Shown: positions 35,989 to 45,589 of the stretch, one piece after another
Layout: each line of letters begins with the position of its first letter
How positions within the stretch are numbered: the first letter of the stretch is position 1
NCBI GenBank assembly: GCA_021775375.1
Contig: JAJFHY010000114.1
Coordinates: forward strand, 1-53,366
Length of the DNA: 53,366 nt
Source: Amylibacter sp.
GTDB taxonomy: Bacteria > Pseudomonadota > Alphaproteobacteria > Rhodobacterales > Rhodobacteraceae
Direction: 5' to 3'
The notes under the pieces: model-generated
What the model saw: only the letters and a program-made list of their open reading frames with translations
What the model was told of the DNA's origin: nothing
Databases searched by the model: none
Program-made: the position numbers and the translations under genes

Positions 35989-36963
35989 ATGACAATAATA
36001 ACGAGAATAACGAATATTTTGTCTGCAGTACTGATGCTTACGTTGCTTACAACATTGCCATCATCCGCGCAGGAAGATTGTAACCGTGGAACTTTGGATG
36101 CTGCATATTGTGATCGTAACTTCGATCAAACTGCAGATTTACCACTGGATGAAAGCCAGTGGGTTGATCCAAGCACGATTATATTTACCTATACACCTGT
36201 TGAAGATCCGGCCGTATATGCAAGCATTTGGGACGGATTTGTGAAACACATGGAGGCCACAACAGGTCGCAAGGTTGTGTTCTTTCCGGTTCAGTCAAAT
36301 GCAGCACAACTTGAAGCCATGCGTTCGGGGCGTCTGCACGTCGCCGGCTTTAACACCGGCTCTAACCCGATTGCGGTTAGTTGTGCGGGATTTGTACCGT
36401 TTGGTATGATGGCAAAAAATGATGGTTCATTTGGGTATGAGATGGAAATCATTGTTCCAGCGGACTCGCCCATGCAGTCTCCTGCGGACATCAAAGGCAA
36501 AACAATGGCCTTTACTTCACCGACATCAAACTCAGGTTTCAAAGCACCGTCTGCAATTTTGAAGGGTGAGTTTGGTTTGATTGCCGAAACAGATTTCACA
36601 CCTGTGTATTCAGGCAAGCATGACAACTCTATTCTGGGTGTTGCCAATGGTGACTATGAAGTGGCTGCGATTGCCAACTCTGTTTTGCTACGTATGATCC
36701 GTCGCGGTGTACTTGAAGAAGGTAAAGTGCGTACGATTTACAAGTCGCAAACATTTCCGACAACAGGCTATGGCTATGCGCACAACCTGAACCCAGCACT
36801 TGTTGCTAAAATCCAACAAGCTTTCTGGACATATGCTTGGGATGAAAATTTCAAAGCCGAGTTCAAAAAAGCGGACCGTTTTATCGGCATCACACATAAA
36901 TTCGACTGGGCTGTGATCCGTCAAATCGATGCTGCAAATGGTGTTAGCTACGATTGTAAGTAA
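35989..36963 (+). CDS. PhnD-like phosphate-ester/phosphonate ABC substrate-binding protein
   Basis: YTPVEDP, AQLEAMRSGRLHVAGFNTG, FTSPTSNSGFKAP, SGKHDNS, FPTTG. Confidence 0.85.
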   Translation: MTIITRITNILSAVLMLTLLTTLPSSAQEDCNRGTLDAAYCDRNFDQTADLPLDESQWVDPSTIIFTYTPVEDPAVYASIWDGFVKHMEATTGRKVVFFPVQSNAAQLEAMRSGRLHVAGFNTGSNPIAVSCAGFVPFGMMAKNDGSFGYEMEIIVPADSPMQSPADIKGKTMAFTSPTSNSGFKAPSAILKGEFGLIAETDFTPVYSGKHDNSILGVANGDYEVAAIANSVLLRMIRRGVLEEGKVRTIYKSQTFPTTGYGYAHNLNPALVAKIQQAFWTYAWDENFKAEFKKADRFIGITHKFDWAVIRQIDAANGVSYDCK

Positions 36964-36983
36964 GCCTTATAAATAGCTATGCG

Positions 36984-37007
36984 AGGGCAGATCGTTTGGT
37001 CTGCCCT
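36984..37007 (+). other. Intercistronic hairpin after the SBP gene
   Basis: AGGGCAGATC-GTTT-GGTCTGCCCT. Confidence 0.5.
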
Positions 37008-37045
37008 TGTATCTTGAAATCAATCAAAAAATATATGGAGGCTGC

Positions 37046-37855
37046 ATGCTGCGTCTTGAGGGGCTGAAAAAGCGCTATAAAACTGGTGACTATGCGCTAC
37101 AGGGCGTTGATTTGGAAATCCCTGATGGGCAAGTTATAGCCCTTATCGGGCCATCAGGTGCAGGTAAATCCACCTTGATCAGATGTGTTAACCGTCTGGT
37201 TGAACCAACCGAAGGCAAGGTTTATCTGGGCGATTTGGAGCTGACAACATTGTCATCGTCAAAATTGCGCAAAGCAAGGCGCCGCATGGGAATGATATTT
37301 CAGGAATATGCACTTGTTGAACGTTTAACGGTAATGGAAAACGTACTGTCCGGCCGATTGGGCTACGTTGGTTTCTGGGCAAGTTGTTTTCGCAAATTCC
37401 CCAAGAAAGACATTCAGGAAGCTTACCGTTTGCTTGACCGTGTTGGTCTAATGCACATGGCTGACAAACGCGCTGATGAACTATCAGGTGGGCAACGCCA
37501 GCGTGTCGGTATATGCCGTGCACTTATCCAAGATCCCGATCTGCTGTTGGTGGACGAGCCCACAGCCAGTCTTGACCCGAAAACATCGCGCCAGATTATG
37601 CGTTTGATTAACGAGCTATGCAAAGAACGCGGGTTGGCGGCGATCATCAATATTCACGATGTTTTGCTGGCGCAAATGTATTCGCAAAGGGTTGTTGGCC
37701 TGAAGCTGGGTGAGATTGTTTATGATGGCAAACCTGATGGGTTAAACCCTGCGGTTCTAACCAATATTTACGGTGAAGAAGACTGGGAAGCGACGATTGA
37801 AGAGGTCGACGAGGATGAACTTGTAGAGGATGAAGTCGAAGAGGCTACCGTATGA
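37046..37855 (+). CDS. phnC: PhnC-like ABC ATP-binding protein
   Basis: [36 protein letters not shown]. Confidence 0.88.
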   Translation: MLRLEGLKKRYKTGDYALQGVDLEIPDGQVIALIGPSGAGKSTLIRCVNRLVEPTEGKVYLGDLELTTLSSSKLRKARRRMGMIFQEYALVERLTVMENVLSGRLGYVGFWASCFRKFPKKDIQEAYRLLDRVGLMHMADKRADELSGGQRQRVGICRALIQDPDLLLVDEPTASLDPKTSRQIMRLINELCKERGLAAIINIHDVLLAQMYSQRVVGLKLGEIVYDGKPDGLNPAVLTNIYGEEDWEATIEEVDEDELVEDEVEEATV

Positions 37856-38661
37856 GCGTTGCCGAACCTGACTTCCCATCAAGCTGGAAAAAACCACCCT
37901 TTATTAAAAGCCCGTTGTTACGTTGGTCTATCATCATCGGCAGTGCGATTTATCTGGCACTGGCTTTTGGTACAATGGATGTTGACTGGGAACGTGCAGC
38001 AGAAGGGCTACCGCGCGGCAAACGCTTTCTGGCGGCATTCTTTCCACCGAATTTTTCAGACAACCTTGGTGTTATGTGGGATGGCATCTTTGAGAGCATC
38101 TGGATGGCGATCATTTCCACTGTTGCCGGTATTGCGCTGTCCATTCCGATAGGGCTGGGGGCTGCCAGAAATCTGGCACCAAAATGGGTCTATCTGGTAT
38201 GTCGTTCAATTATTGGCGGATCGCGGACGTTCCCGGAAATTATCCTTGCGATCTTTGCTGTGAAGCTTTTCGGCTTTGGTCCGTTTGCGGGCTTTGTGGC
38301 CCTGTCCATCGGCACCATAGGCTTTTATGCAAAACTGCTGGCTGAGGATATTGAGAATATCAATCCTACTCAGGCCGAAGCGATCAAGGCCACAGGCTCT
38401 AGTTGGCCGCAGTGGATCAACTATGCAATCCAACCACAAGTCATGCCGCGTATGATCGGGCTTTCGGTTTATCGTCTTGATATCAATTTTCGTGAATCAG
38501 CCGTTGTAGGCATTGTTGGTGGTGGCGGTATTGGCGCTACGTTGAATACTGCATTTGAGCGTTATGAGTTCGACACGGCAGCAGCAATCCTGCTGATCAT
38601 TATCGGCATTGTTATGGCGCTAGAATACACATCCGGTTACCTTAGAAAGTGGGTGCAGTAA
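37852..38661 (+). CDS. phnE: PhnE-like ABC permease
   Basis: [31 protein letters not shown]. Confidence 0.88.
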   Translation: MSVAEPDFPSSWKKPPFIKSPLLRWSIIIGSAIYLALAFGTMDVDWERAAEGLPRGKRFLAAFFPPNFSDNLGVMWDGIFESIWMAIISTVAGIALSIPIGLGAARNLAPKWVYLVCRSIIGGSRTFPEIILAIFAVKLFGFGPFAGFVALSIGTIGFYAKLLAEDIENINPTQAEAIKATGSSWPQWINYAIQPQVMPRMIGLSVYRLDINFRESAVVGIVGGGGIGATLNTAFERYEFDTAAAILLIIIGIVMALEYTSGYLRKWVQ

Positions 38662-38662
38662 T

Positions 38663-39475
38663 ATGCCTTTAATTGAAACGCCGGATGGCCCAATCTGGAA
38701 AAGACGCACAACCAAAGAACAGTTCATCAGATGGTTCATTTGGTTAATTGCGATTGCGATCATTGCCTATGCCTGGAAAGGTATTTCGGATAAAACCATC
38801 TGGTTTTTTGTGCAGGATGCACCGCGACAAGCTGCTGATATTGGCGCGCGGATGATCCCTCCGAAATTTAGCTATATGTCTCGCTTATGGGCACCGGTCT
38901 GGGATACGCTGAACATTGCAACCCTTGGCACAGTTATCGCATTGGTCATAGCTGTCCCCGTCGCTTTTGCAGCCGCACATAATACTACACCGCATCCGAT
39001 AGTTAGGACGATTGCTATTTTTATTATAGTTTCGTCACGGTCTGTGAATTCGTTGATCTGGGCGTTGATGCTGGTGTTTATCTTTGGCCCCGGTGTTCTG
39101 GCAGGTACGATTGCTATCGGTCTGCGCTCTGTCGGTTTTTGTGCCAAACTGCTTTATGAGGGCATTGAGGAAATTGATCACACGCAGGTGGAAGCAATTG
39201 AAGCGACAGGTGCGACAAAAGCCCAGCAAATGCTGTTCGGGATCGTGCCGCAGGTTTTGCCCACATTCGCGGGTATTGGTGTATTTCGTTGGGATATTAA
39301 CATTCGCGAAAGTACAATTCTGGGCCTAGTGGGTGCAGGTGGTATCGGACTGGAACTAAGCGGTTCGATCAATACTTTGGCATGGACACAAGTGTCGATG
39401 ATTTTGCTGGTCATTCTGTCTACAGTGATCGTTAGTGAGTGGGTTTCCGCCAAGGTGCGCGGTGCCATTATCTGA
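38663..39475 (+). CDS. phnE: PhnE-like ABC permease (second subunit)
   Basis: AKLLYEGIEE, FRWDINIRESTILGLVGAGGIG. Confidence 0.88.
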   Translation: MPLIETPDGPIWKRRTTKEQFIRWFIWLIAIAIIAYAWKGISDKTIWFFVQDAPRQAADIGARMIPPKFSYMSRLWAPVWDTLNIATLGTVIALVIAVPVAFAAAHNTTPHPIVRTIAIFIIVSSRSVNSLIWALMLVFIFGPGVLAGTIAIGLRSVGFCAKLLYEGIEEIDHTQVEAIEATGATKAQQMLFGIVPQVLPTFAGIGVFRWDINIRESTILGLVGAGGIGLELSGSINTLAWTQVSMILLVILSTVIVSEWVSAKVRGAII

Positions 39476-40389
39476 TGACGGATGATCCTGCTGCGGATAC
39501 CGACTGGGCGTTTCATGCGTATGAGGCAGCGCGCAGTCGATTGCCGCAACCCAAATTTGCGGATGGTTTTCAGGTTGCAGATAAACTAAGCGATATTGCG
39601 GATCATTTTGATACGTTTTTGCTGGATGGTTTCGGTGTTTTGAATGTTGGTAAGGCGGCTGTACCGGGTGCTATTGACTGTGTTGAGCAATTACGCGCGC
39701 AAGGAAAAAAAGTTGTGCTTGTCACCAACTCGGCCAGCACTTCAATTTCGGGTCAAGTCGAGCGATATGCAAAGCTGGGGTTTGATTTTACGCATAAAGA
39801 TATAGTTTCCAGCCGTGATCCGACCTTGGCTGCCATAGAAAAATCCCCAAGATATACTTGGGGTTTAGTGGCAGATCCGGTCTTTGGCCGCGATGGGATC
39901 GACCATCTTGATACGCAGTTTTTGACGGATAACTCTGTTGATTATGATGCTGTCGATGCGTTTTTATTGCTTGGTTGTACGGCTTGGGATGAAGCGCGCC
40001 AAAATATGCTTGAGCACTCTTTACGCCAAAATCCGCGCCCGGTTTATGTTGGCAATCCGGATATAGCAGCCCCTGTTGGTGGCAGCTTATCACGCCAACC
40101 CGGATATTATGCACACCGTTTGGCTGATGTGACAGATGTCGTTCCTCAGTTTTTTGGCAAACCGTTTTTCAATATTTATGAACATGTTTTTACGCGACTT
40201 GGGCCTGACTATGATCCGGAACGTACAGTTATGGTTGGCGATACATTGCATACAGATATACTGGGTGGCCGCATGGCGGGTATCAAAACCGCATTAATTA
40301 CGGATTATGGCGTTCTGTCAAAAGCCGATATTAATCAAGCTGTTAAGCTGTCCGGGATAGTGCCAGACTACATTTTATCACGGATTTAG
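39475..40389 (+). CDS. HAD-IIA family hydrolase (NagD-like phosphatase)
   Basis: LLDGFGVL, LVTNS, GNPD, GKP, MVGDTLHTDILGG; TGATG coupling to phnE. Confidence 0.88.
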   Translation: MTDDPAADTDWAFHAYEAARSRLPQPKFADGFQVADKLSDIADHFDTFLLDGFGVLNVGKAAVPGAIDCVEQLRAQGKKVVLVTNSASTSISGQVERYAKLGFDFTHKDIVSSRDPTLAAIEKSPRYTWGLVADPVFGRDGIDHLDTQFLTDNSVDYDAVDAFLLLGCTAWDEARQNMLEHSLRQNPRPVYVGNPDIAAPVGGSLSRQPGYYAHRLADVTDVVPQFFGKPFFNIYEHVFTRLGPDYDPERTVMVGDTLHTDILGGRMAGIKTALITDYGVLSKADINQAVKLSGIVPDYILSRI

Positions 40390-40405
40390 TTTCAATAAAT
40401 AAAAA

Positions 40406-40421
40406 TTTACCATTTGATAAA
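40406..40421. promoter_or_regulatory. RutR/PydR box upstream of preT
   Basis: TTTACCATTTGATAAA resembles TTGACCAnnTGGTCAA. Confidence 0.6.
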
Positions 40422-40474
40422 TATTTAAACCTGTGCCAACATAACGCCAATTAATGTGCAAAATGGAGGTGCTC

Positions 40475-41809
40475 ATGCCAAATTCAGTCGCTACAGAAGG
40501 GGTTGTTTCAAAACGTCTTGATAGCAAAACTCTGACAAATAATTTTTCAGATTTGCACCCGCCGTTAGATGATCACGAAGCGTTGGTAGCGGCTGATCGC
40601 TGTTATTTCTGTTATGATGCGCCTTGTATGGAGGCTTGCCCGACAAGCATTGATATACCGCTTTTCATTCGTCAGATCACAACAGGTACGCCCGAAGCAT
40701 CGGCAAAAACAATATTCTCACAAAATATCCTGGGCGGCATGTGCGCGCGTGTCTGTCCGACGGAAACCTTATGTGAAGAGGTGTGTGTCCGCGAGACTGC
40801 AGAAGGCAAGCCGGTTGAAATAGGCCGCTTGCAACGCTACGCGACCGATACGTTTATGTATAAGGGGAAACAGCCGTTTCAAAGGGCAGCCGCAACCGGT
40901 AAGACTGTAGCTGTTGTAGGGGCAGGGCCAGCTGGTCTGTCTTGTGCGCACCGTTTGGCGGTGTTGGGCCATGATATAATCTTGTTTGATGCCCGCCCCA
41001 AAGGTGGCGGATTGAACGAGTTTGGTATCGCAAGTTATAAATCCGTTGATGGTTTCGCACAAAAAGAACTGGACTGGTTATTGTCGATTGGCGGCATCAA
41101 CGTACGCTATGATAAAATGCTGGGTGCGGACATTACGCTGGAACAGCTACAGGTGGATTATGACGCGGTCTTTCTAGGGATTGGGCTGGGCGGCGTGAAT
41201 GACTTGCGTACAGATGGCGAAGACAAAGATAATGTGCTGGATGCGGTTTCATTCATTTCGGATTTACGTCAGGCAGATGATTTAACGAAGCTGCCTATTG
41301 GTAAACATGTGGTTGTTATCGGTGGAGGCATGACGGCCGTGGATGCAGCTGTGCAATCCAAGTTATTAGGCGCGTTGGATGTGACCATCGTTTACAGACG
41401 CGGCAAGGAACGGATGAGCGCATCCGTTTTTGAACAGGATTTGGCAACATCAAAAGGCGTGCGGATAATCTATAACGCGAAGCCTGTTAAAGTCACAGGC
41501 AATGGGGCCGTTGCCGGTGTTGAGTTTGCCTATACTGAAACGAAGAATGGAAAACTGACTGCAACGGGTGAAACATTCAGTTTGCAGGCGGATCAGGTTT
41601 TCAAAGCCATCGGACAAACCCTGCAAGATGCACCTGCGGCGTTGAAAACCGAAGGCGGCAAGATCAAAGTGTCAGAGAGCGGGCAAAGCTCTGTTAACGG
41701 CGTTTGGGCCGGTGGCGATTGTGCCACGGGTGGTGACGATCTGACAGTAACGGGCGTGGCCGAGGGCCGCGATGCCGCAATGGATATTCATGCAAGCCTG
41801 ATGGGCTGA
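40475..41809 (+). CDS. preT: Dihydropyrimidine dehydrogenase NAD(P)-binding subunit (PreT/PydX)
   Basis: RCYFCYDAPC..ACPT, CARVCP...CE..C, GAGPAG, GGGMTAVD; upstream of preA. Confidence 0.9.
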   Translation: MPNSVATEGVVSKRLDSKTLTNNFSDLHPPLDDHEALVAADRCYFCYDAPCMEACPTSIDIPLFIRQITTGTPEASAKTIFSQNILGGMCARVCPTETLCEEVCVRETAEGKPVEIGRLQRYATDTFMYKGKQPFQRAAATGKTVAVVGAGPAGLSCAHRLAVLGHDIILFDARPKGGGLNEFGIASYKSVDGFAQKELDWLLSIGGINVRYDKMLGADITLEQLQVDYDAVFLGIGLGGVNDLRTDGEDKDNVLDAVSFISDLRQADDLTKLPIGKHVVVIGGGMTAVDAAVQSKLLGALDVTIVYRRGKERMSASVFEQDLATSKGVRIIYNAKPVKVTGNGAVAGVEFAYTETKNGKLTATGETFSLQADQVFKAIGQTLQDAPAALKTEGGKIKVSESGQSSVNGVWAGGDCATGGDDLTVTGVAEGRDAAMDIHASLMG

Positions 41810-41834
41810 GCAAACAAATATAAGGAGCCACATC

Positions 41835-43139
41835 ATGGCAGACCTGACTAGCAATTTTATCGGAATAAAGTCTCCCAACCCGTTCTGGCTGGCCTCGGCA
41901 CCACCTACGGACAAAGAATACAATGTTCGGCGTGCCTATGAGGCCGGCTGGGGTGGCGTTGTTTGGAAAACGCTGGGCGAAGCGGGACCACCTGTGGTCA
42001 ACGTAAATGGCCCGCGTTATGGTGCGATTTGGGGCGCGGATCGACGGCTGTTGGGGTTGAACAATATTGAGCTGATTACTGACCGCCCATTGGAAGTGAA
42101 CCTGCGTGAGATCAAGGCGGTGAAACGCGACTATCCTGATCGCGCTTTGATTGTGTCCCTGATGGTGCCTTGTGAGGAACAGGCGTGGAAATCCATTCTG
42201 GCAGAAGTTGAAGACACCGGTGCTGACGGGATAGAGCTGAATTTCGGTTGTCCGCACGGGATGGCCGAACGCGGTATGGGTTCGGCCGTGGGCCAAGTGC
42301 CCGAATACATCGAAATGGTGACGCGGTGGTGCAAACAATATTCGCGTATGCCTTGTATCGTAAAGCTGACACCGAACATCACGGATGTACGCAAGCCCGC
42401 ACAAGCAGCCCTTGCGGGCGGGGCCGATGCGGTCAGCCTGATCAACACGATCAACTCCATTACATCCGTTGATCTGGATATATTCGCCCCTGAACCGACC
42501 ATCGACGGTAAGGGTGCGCATGGCGGCTATTGCGGCCCTGCAGTGAAACCGATTGCGCTGAACATGGTGGCGGAAATCGCCCGTGATCCTGCAACCGCAA
42601 ATCTGCCTATTTCGGGTATTGGCGGCATTACCACTTGGCGCGACGCCGCAGAGTTTATGGCGCTGGGGGCAGGCAATGTGCAGGTATGCACGGCTGCGAT
42701 GACTTACGGGTTTAAAGTTGTTGAAGAAATGATCAGCGGCTTAAGCGAATGGATGGATGAAAAGAATATTTCAGCCGTGTCTGACGTTGTGGGCCGTGCG
42801 GTTCCCAATGCATCCGACTGGCAGCATCTGAACCTGAACTATATCGCCAAAGCAAAGATAGACCAGGACCTTTGTATCAAATGCGGCCGCTGTTATGCCG
42901 CCTGTGAGGATACATCGCATCAAGCCATTCTGATGTCGGACGATCGCGTATTCAGTGTCAATGACGATGAATGTGTCGCGTGCAATCTATGTGTGAATGT
43001 CTGCCCCGTGGAAGGCTGTATTAGCATGGACGCGATGCAAGCGGGCTCAACTGATCCGCGCACCGGTAAAGTGGTAAGCGACGTCAAAGCCGATTGGACA
43101 ACGCACCCGAACAACCCGTCAGCAACCGCGGCGGAATAG
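41835..43139 (+). CDS. preA: Dihydropyrimidine dehydrogenase subunit PreA/PydA
   Basis: NPFWLASAPPT, ELNFGCPHGM, VKLTPN, two C-terminal 4Fe-4S motifs. Confidence 0.95.
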   Translation: MADLTSNFIGIKSPNPFWLASAPPTDKEYNVRRAYEAGWGGVVWKTLGEAGPPVVNVNGPRYGAIWGADRRLLGLNNIELITDRPLEVNLREIKAVKRDYPDRALIVSLMVPCEEQAWKSILAEVEDTGADGIELNFGCPHGMAERGMGSAVGQVPEYIEMVTRWCKQYSRMPCIVKLTPNITDVRKPAQAALAGGADAVSLINTINSITSVDLDIFAPEPTIDGKGAHGGYCGPAVKPIALNMVAEIARDPATANLPISGIGGITTWRDAAEFMALGAGNVQVCTAAMTYGFKVVEEMISGLSEWMDEKNISAVSDVVGRAVPNASDWQHLNLNYIAKAKIDQDLCIKCGRCYAACEDTSHQAILMSDDRVFSVNDDECVACNLCVNVCPVEGCISMDAMQAGSTDPRTGKVVSDVKADWTTHPNNPSATAAE

Positions 43140-43142
43140 AGT

Positions 43143-43766
43143 TTAGTGTGTCAATGTGGCGCGGTACATATTGTCCAGAAATGCTGCGGCCTGATCAAAA
43201 CGGCTGTCTGCTTTATCGGATAGAACCGCGCAGACCTGCACATCGAAATCCGCGTAATGCTGGGTTGTTGCCCAGATGGAGAAAATTAAATGATAGGGGT
43301 CTATGGGTTTGATTAAACCGGCATCACACCAGTTTTGGATCAACGCGGCTTTTTCGTCCGTCAGGGTTTTCAATTGCCCTTTAAGCTCGGTCAGAATGCG
43401 CGGCGCACCTTGTATGATCTCATTGGCAAACAGGCGGCTCTCACGTGGGTAATCGCGCGACATTGCCAGCTTGCGTGCGACATAGGCACATATCTCGTCA
43501 ACGGGATTATCACTGTCGCCCAAGTGCTTCAAGGGTTCAAGCCATGTGGTCAGCAAGCGGCTTAAAAGCTTTGCGTGAATGGCTTCTTTACCGTCAAAAT
43601 AGTATAAGATGTTTGGTTTCGAGAGGCCCGATTGCAGCGCGATTTGATCAATGGTGGCACCGCGAAAACCGTAAGTTGCGAACACCTCTAAGGCGGCTTC
43701 CAGAATTTCTTCGGTTTTTTCCCGCTGGATACGGGTCTGCCCCTTGGTCGATGCGGCACGCGCCAT
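43143..43766 (-). CDS. rutR: RutR/PydR TetR-family regulator
   Basis: GLSKPNILYYF, ESRLFANEI, IFSIWATTQHYADF. Confidence 0.9.
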   Translation of the reverse strand: MARAASTKGQTRIQREKTEEILEAALEVFATYGFRGATIDQIALQSGLSKPNILYYFDGKEAIHAKLLSRLLTTWLEPLKHLGDSDNPVDEICAYVARKLAMSRDYPRESRLFANEIIQGAPRILTELKGQLKTLTDEKAALIQNWCDAGLIKPIDPYHLIFSIWATTQHYADFDVQVCAVLSDKADSRFDQAAAFLDNMYRATLTH

Positions 43767-43795
43767 ATGTTTCCCCCTTTTTTGGAACAATCGCC

Positions 43796-43842
43796 TTGAC
43801 CAACTGGCAGGGCTGGGTTCATAGTTTTGACCATATGGTCAG
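43796..43842. promoter_or_regulatory. Two RutR boxes in the rutR-pydC divergent region
   Basis: TTGACCATATGGTCAG (43827-43842) and a weaker TTGACCAACTGGCAGG (43796-43811). Confidence 0.75.
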
Positions 43843-43890
43843 AAAAATACAATGGCAAGTTTTGCCGACACCTGATTGGGAGATAATGAC

Positions 43891-45141
43891 ATGACAACAC
43901 CTGTAAGCAATCTGCGGATCAATGGTGACCGCTTGTGGGACAGCCTGATGGAAATGGCTGAAATCGGCCCCGGTATTGCGGGCGGTAACAATCGCCAAAC
44001 GTTGACAGATGAAGACGCTGTCGGGCGCGCATTGTTTCAAAAATGGTGCGAAGAAGCTGGTTGTACCATGGGTCTGGATCAGATGGGCACGATGTTCGCG
44101 CGTCGCGAAGGCACTGACCCTGACGCTTTGCCGGTTTATGTCGGAAGCCATCTGGATACGCAGCCAACGGGCGGCAAGTATGACGGTGTTTTAGGTGTAC
44201 TTGGCGGATTGGAAATTCTGCGCACACTGAATGATATGGGCATCAAGACCAAGCACCCGATTGTGGCGACCAACTGGACAAATGAAGAGGGCACACGCTT
44301 TGCCCCTGCAATGCTGGCGTCTGGTGTTTTTGGCGGTGTTCATACGCAGGAATGGGCTTACGCGCGTGAAGATGTCGAGGGTAAAAAATTCGGGGATGAA
44401 CTGGCCCGTATCGGTTGGCGTGGTGATGAAGAGGTGGGCGCACGCAAAATGCATGCGTTCTTTGAATTGCATATCGAACAAGGTCCAATTCTGGAAATTG
44501 AAGGTAAGGATATTGGCGTTGTGACCCATGGCCAAGGGCTGTCCTGGACTGAAATCACCATTACGGGTAAAGACAGTCACACGGGGTCTACGCCTATGCC
44601 GATGCGCAAAAACGCCGGCCTTGGCATGGCGCGGATTTTAGAGGCGGTTGAACAAATTGCCCTGTCGCACGCGCCACATGCTGTGGGCGCGGCGGGCCAT
44701 ATTGATATCTATCCGAATTCGCGCAATGTAATCCCCGGTAAAGCCGTATTCACGGTCGATTTCCGATCCCCCGATTTGCAGGTCATAAAAGACATGGAAA
44801 ATAAACTGCGAGAGGTCGCGTCTGCAATCGTCGGGCAAATGGGCCTTGGTATTACCTTTGAAAAGGTTGGTGGGTTTGATCCTGTTGAATTTGACGAAAC
44901 CTGTGTGACAGCCGTGCGCAACGCCGCTGAACGTATGGGCTATAGCCACATGAACCTGATTTCAGGGGCGGGTCATGATGCCTGCTGGATCAACGGTGTG
45001 GCCCCTACCGCGATGGTGATGTGCCCCTGTGTGGGTGGGCTATCGCATAACGAGGCCGAGGATATTTCCAAAGAGTGGGCCACGGCTGGTGCGGATGTTC
45101 TGATGCAGGCGGTGGTTGAGACGGCGGAGATTGTGGAGTGA
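43891..45141 (+). CDS. pydC: Beta-ureidopropionase / N-carbamoyl-amino acid amidohydrolase (M20 family)
   Basis: GSHLDTQPTGGKYDG, NEEGTRF, ELHIEQGP, SGAGHDA, SHNEAE. Confidence 0.92.
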   Translation: MTTPVSNLRINGDRLWDSLMEMAEIGPGIAGGNNRQTLTDEDAVGRALFQKWCEEAGCTMGLDQMGTMFARREGTDPDALPVYVGSHLDTQPTGGKYDGVLGVLGGLEILRTLNDMGIKTKHPIVATNWTNEEGTRFAPAMLASGVFGGVHTQEWAYAREDVEGKKFGDELARIGWRGDEEVGARKMHAFFELHIEQGPILEIEGKDIGVVTHGQGLSWTEITITGKDSHTGSTPMPMRKNAGLGMARILEAVEQIALSHAPHAVGAAGHIDIYPNSRNVIPGKAVFTVDFRSPDLQVIKDMENKLREVASAIVGQMGLGITFEKVGGFDPVEFDETCVTAVRNAAERMGYSHMNLISGAGHDACWINGVAPTAMVMCPCVGGLSHNEAEDISKEWATAGADVLMQAVVETAEIVE

Positions 45142-45578
45142 GGATTACTTTCTTAACTTGTTTTCTATTGCTTTTGTTTTCAGTAATTTCTTTTGCCGAA
45201 ATAAAATACGTGTTGGGTGGAAAGCTGGTTGGTTTGAATACCTCTAAAGCAGTGGATGTTGAGATTCACCTTACCAAACGCAATGTTAAAAAATACTGTT
45301 TGGGTGCAAATAAAATTGATACAAGTTTAGAAGATTTAATTTCTTATAAGAGTTTTCCTATTGCTAATGATAAATACCCGGCATCTGATTTTGTATCAGG
45401 TTTTTTAACCGTAAAGTCAGTTTCGCGATCTCTTGGTTTTTATCCTAAAGCATATGTCTTGATATGGCAAAATATTGTGGGCGATGGTGATAAAGCTTTC
45501 AATGAAATAGAACGAAACAATGTAGTCGCTCTTTGGAGTTATACGAAATCATGGGCTAATATTCTGTGTTCTGAATAG
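45138..45578 (+). CDS. Hypothetical AT-rich exported protein inserted in the pyd operon
   Basis: 146-aa ORF; GTG start overlaps the pydC stop; signal-peptide-like N-terminus ending SFA-E; fills the gap to hydA. Confidence 0.55.
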   Translation: MRITFLTCFLLLLFSVISFAEIKYVLGGKLVGLNTSKAVDVEIHLTKRNVKKYCLGANKIDTSLEDLISYKSFPIANDKYPASDFVSGFLTVKSVSRSLGFYPKAYVLIWQNIVGDGDKAFNEIERNNVVALWSYTKSWANILCSE

Positions 45579-45589
45579 GGAGAAAACAA

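Noticed and set aside
35989-39475. Phosphonate or phosphite utilisation operon
   Set aside because: No phnGHIJKLM, phnX/W/A or ptxD nearby; the partner enzyme is a HAD phosphatase
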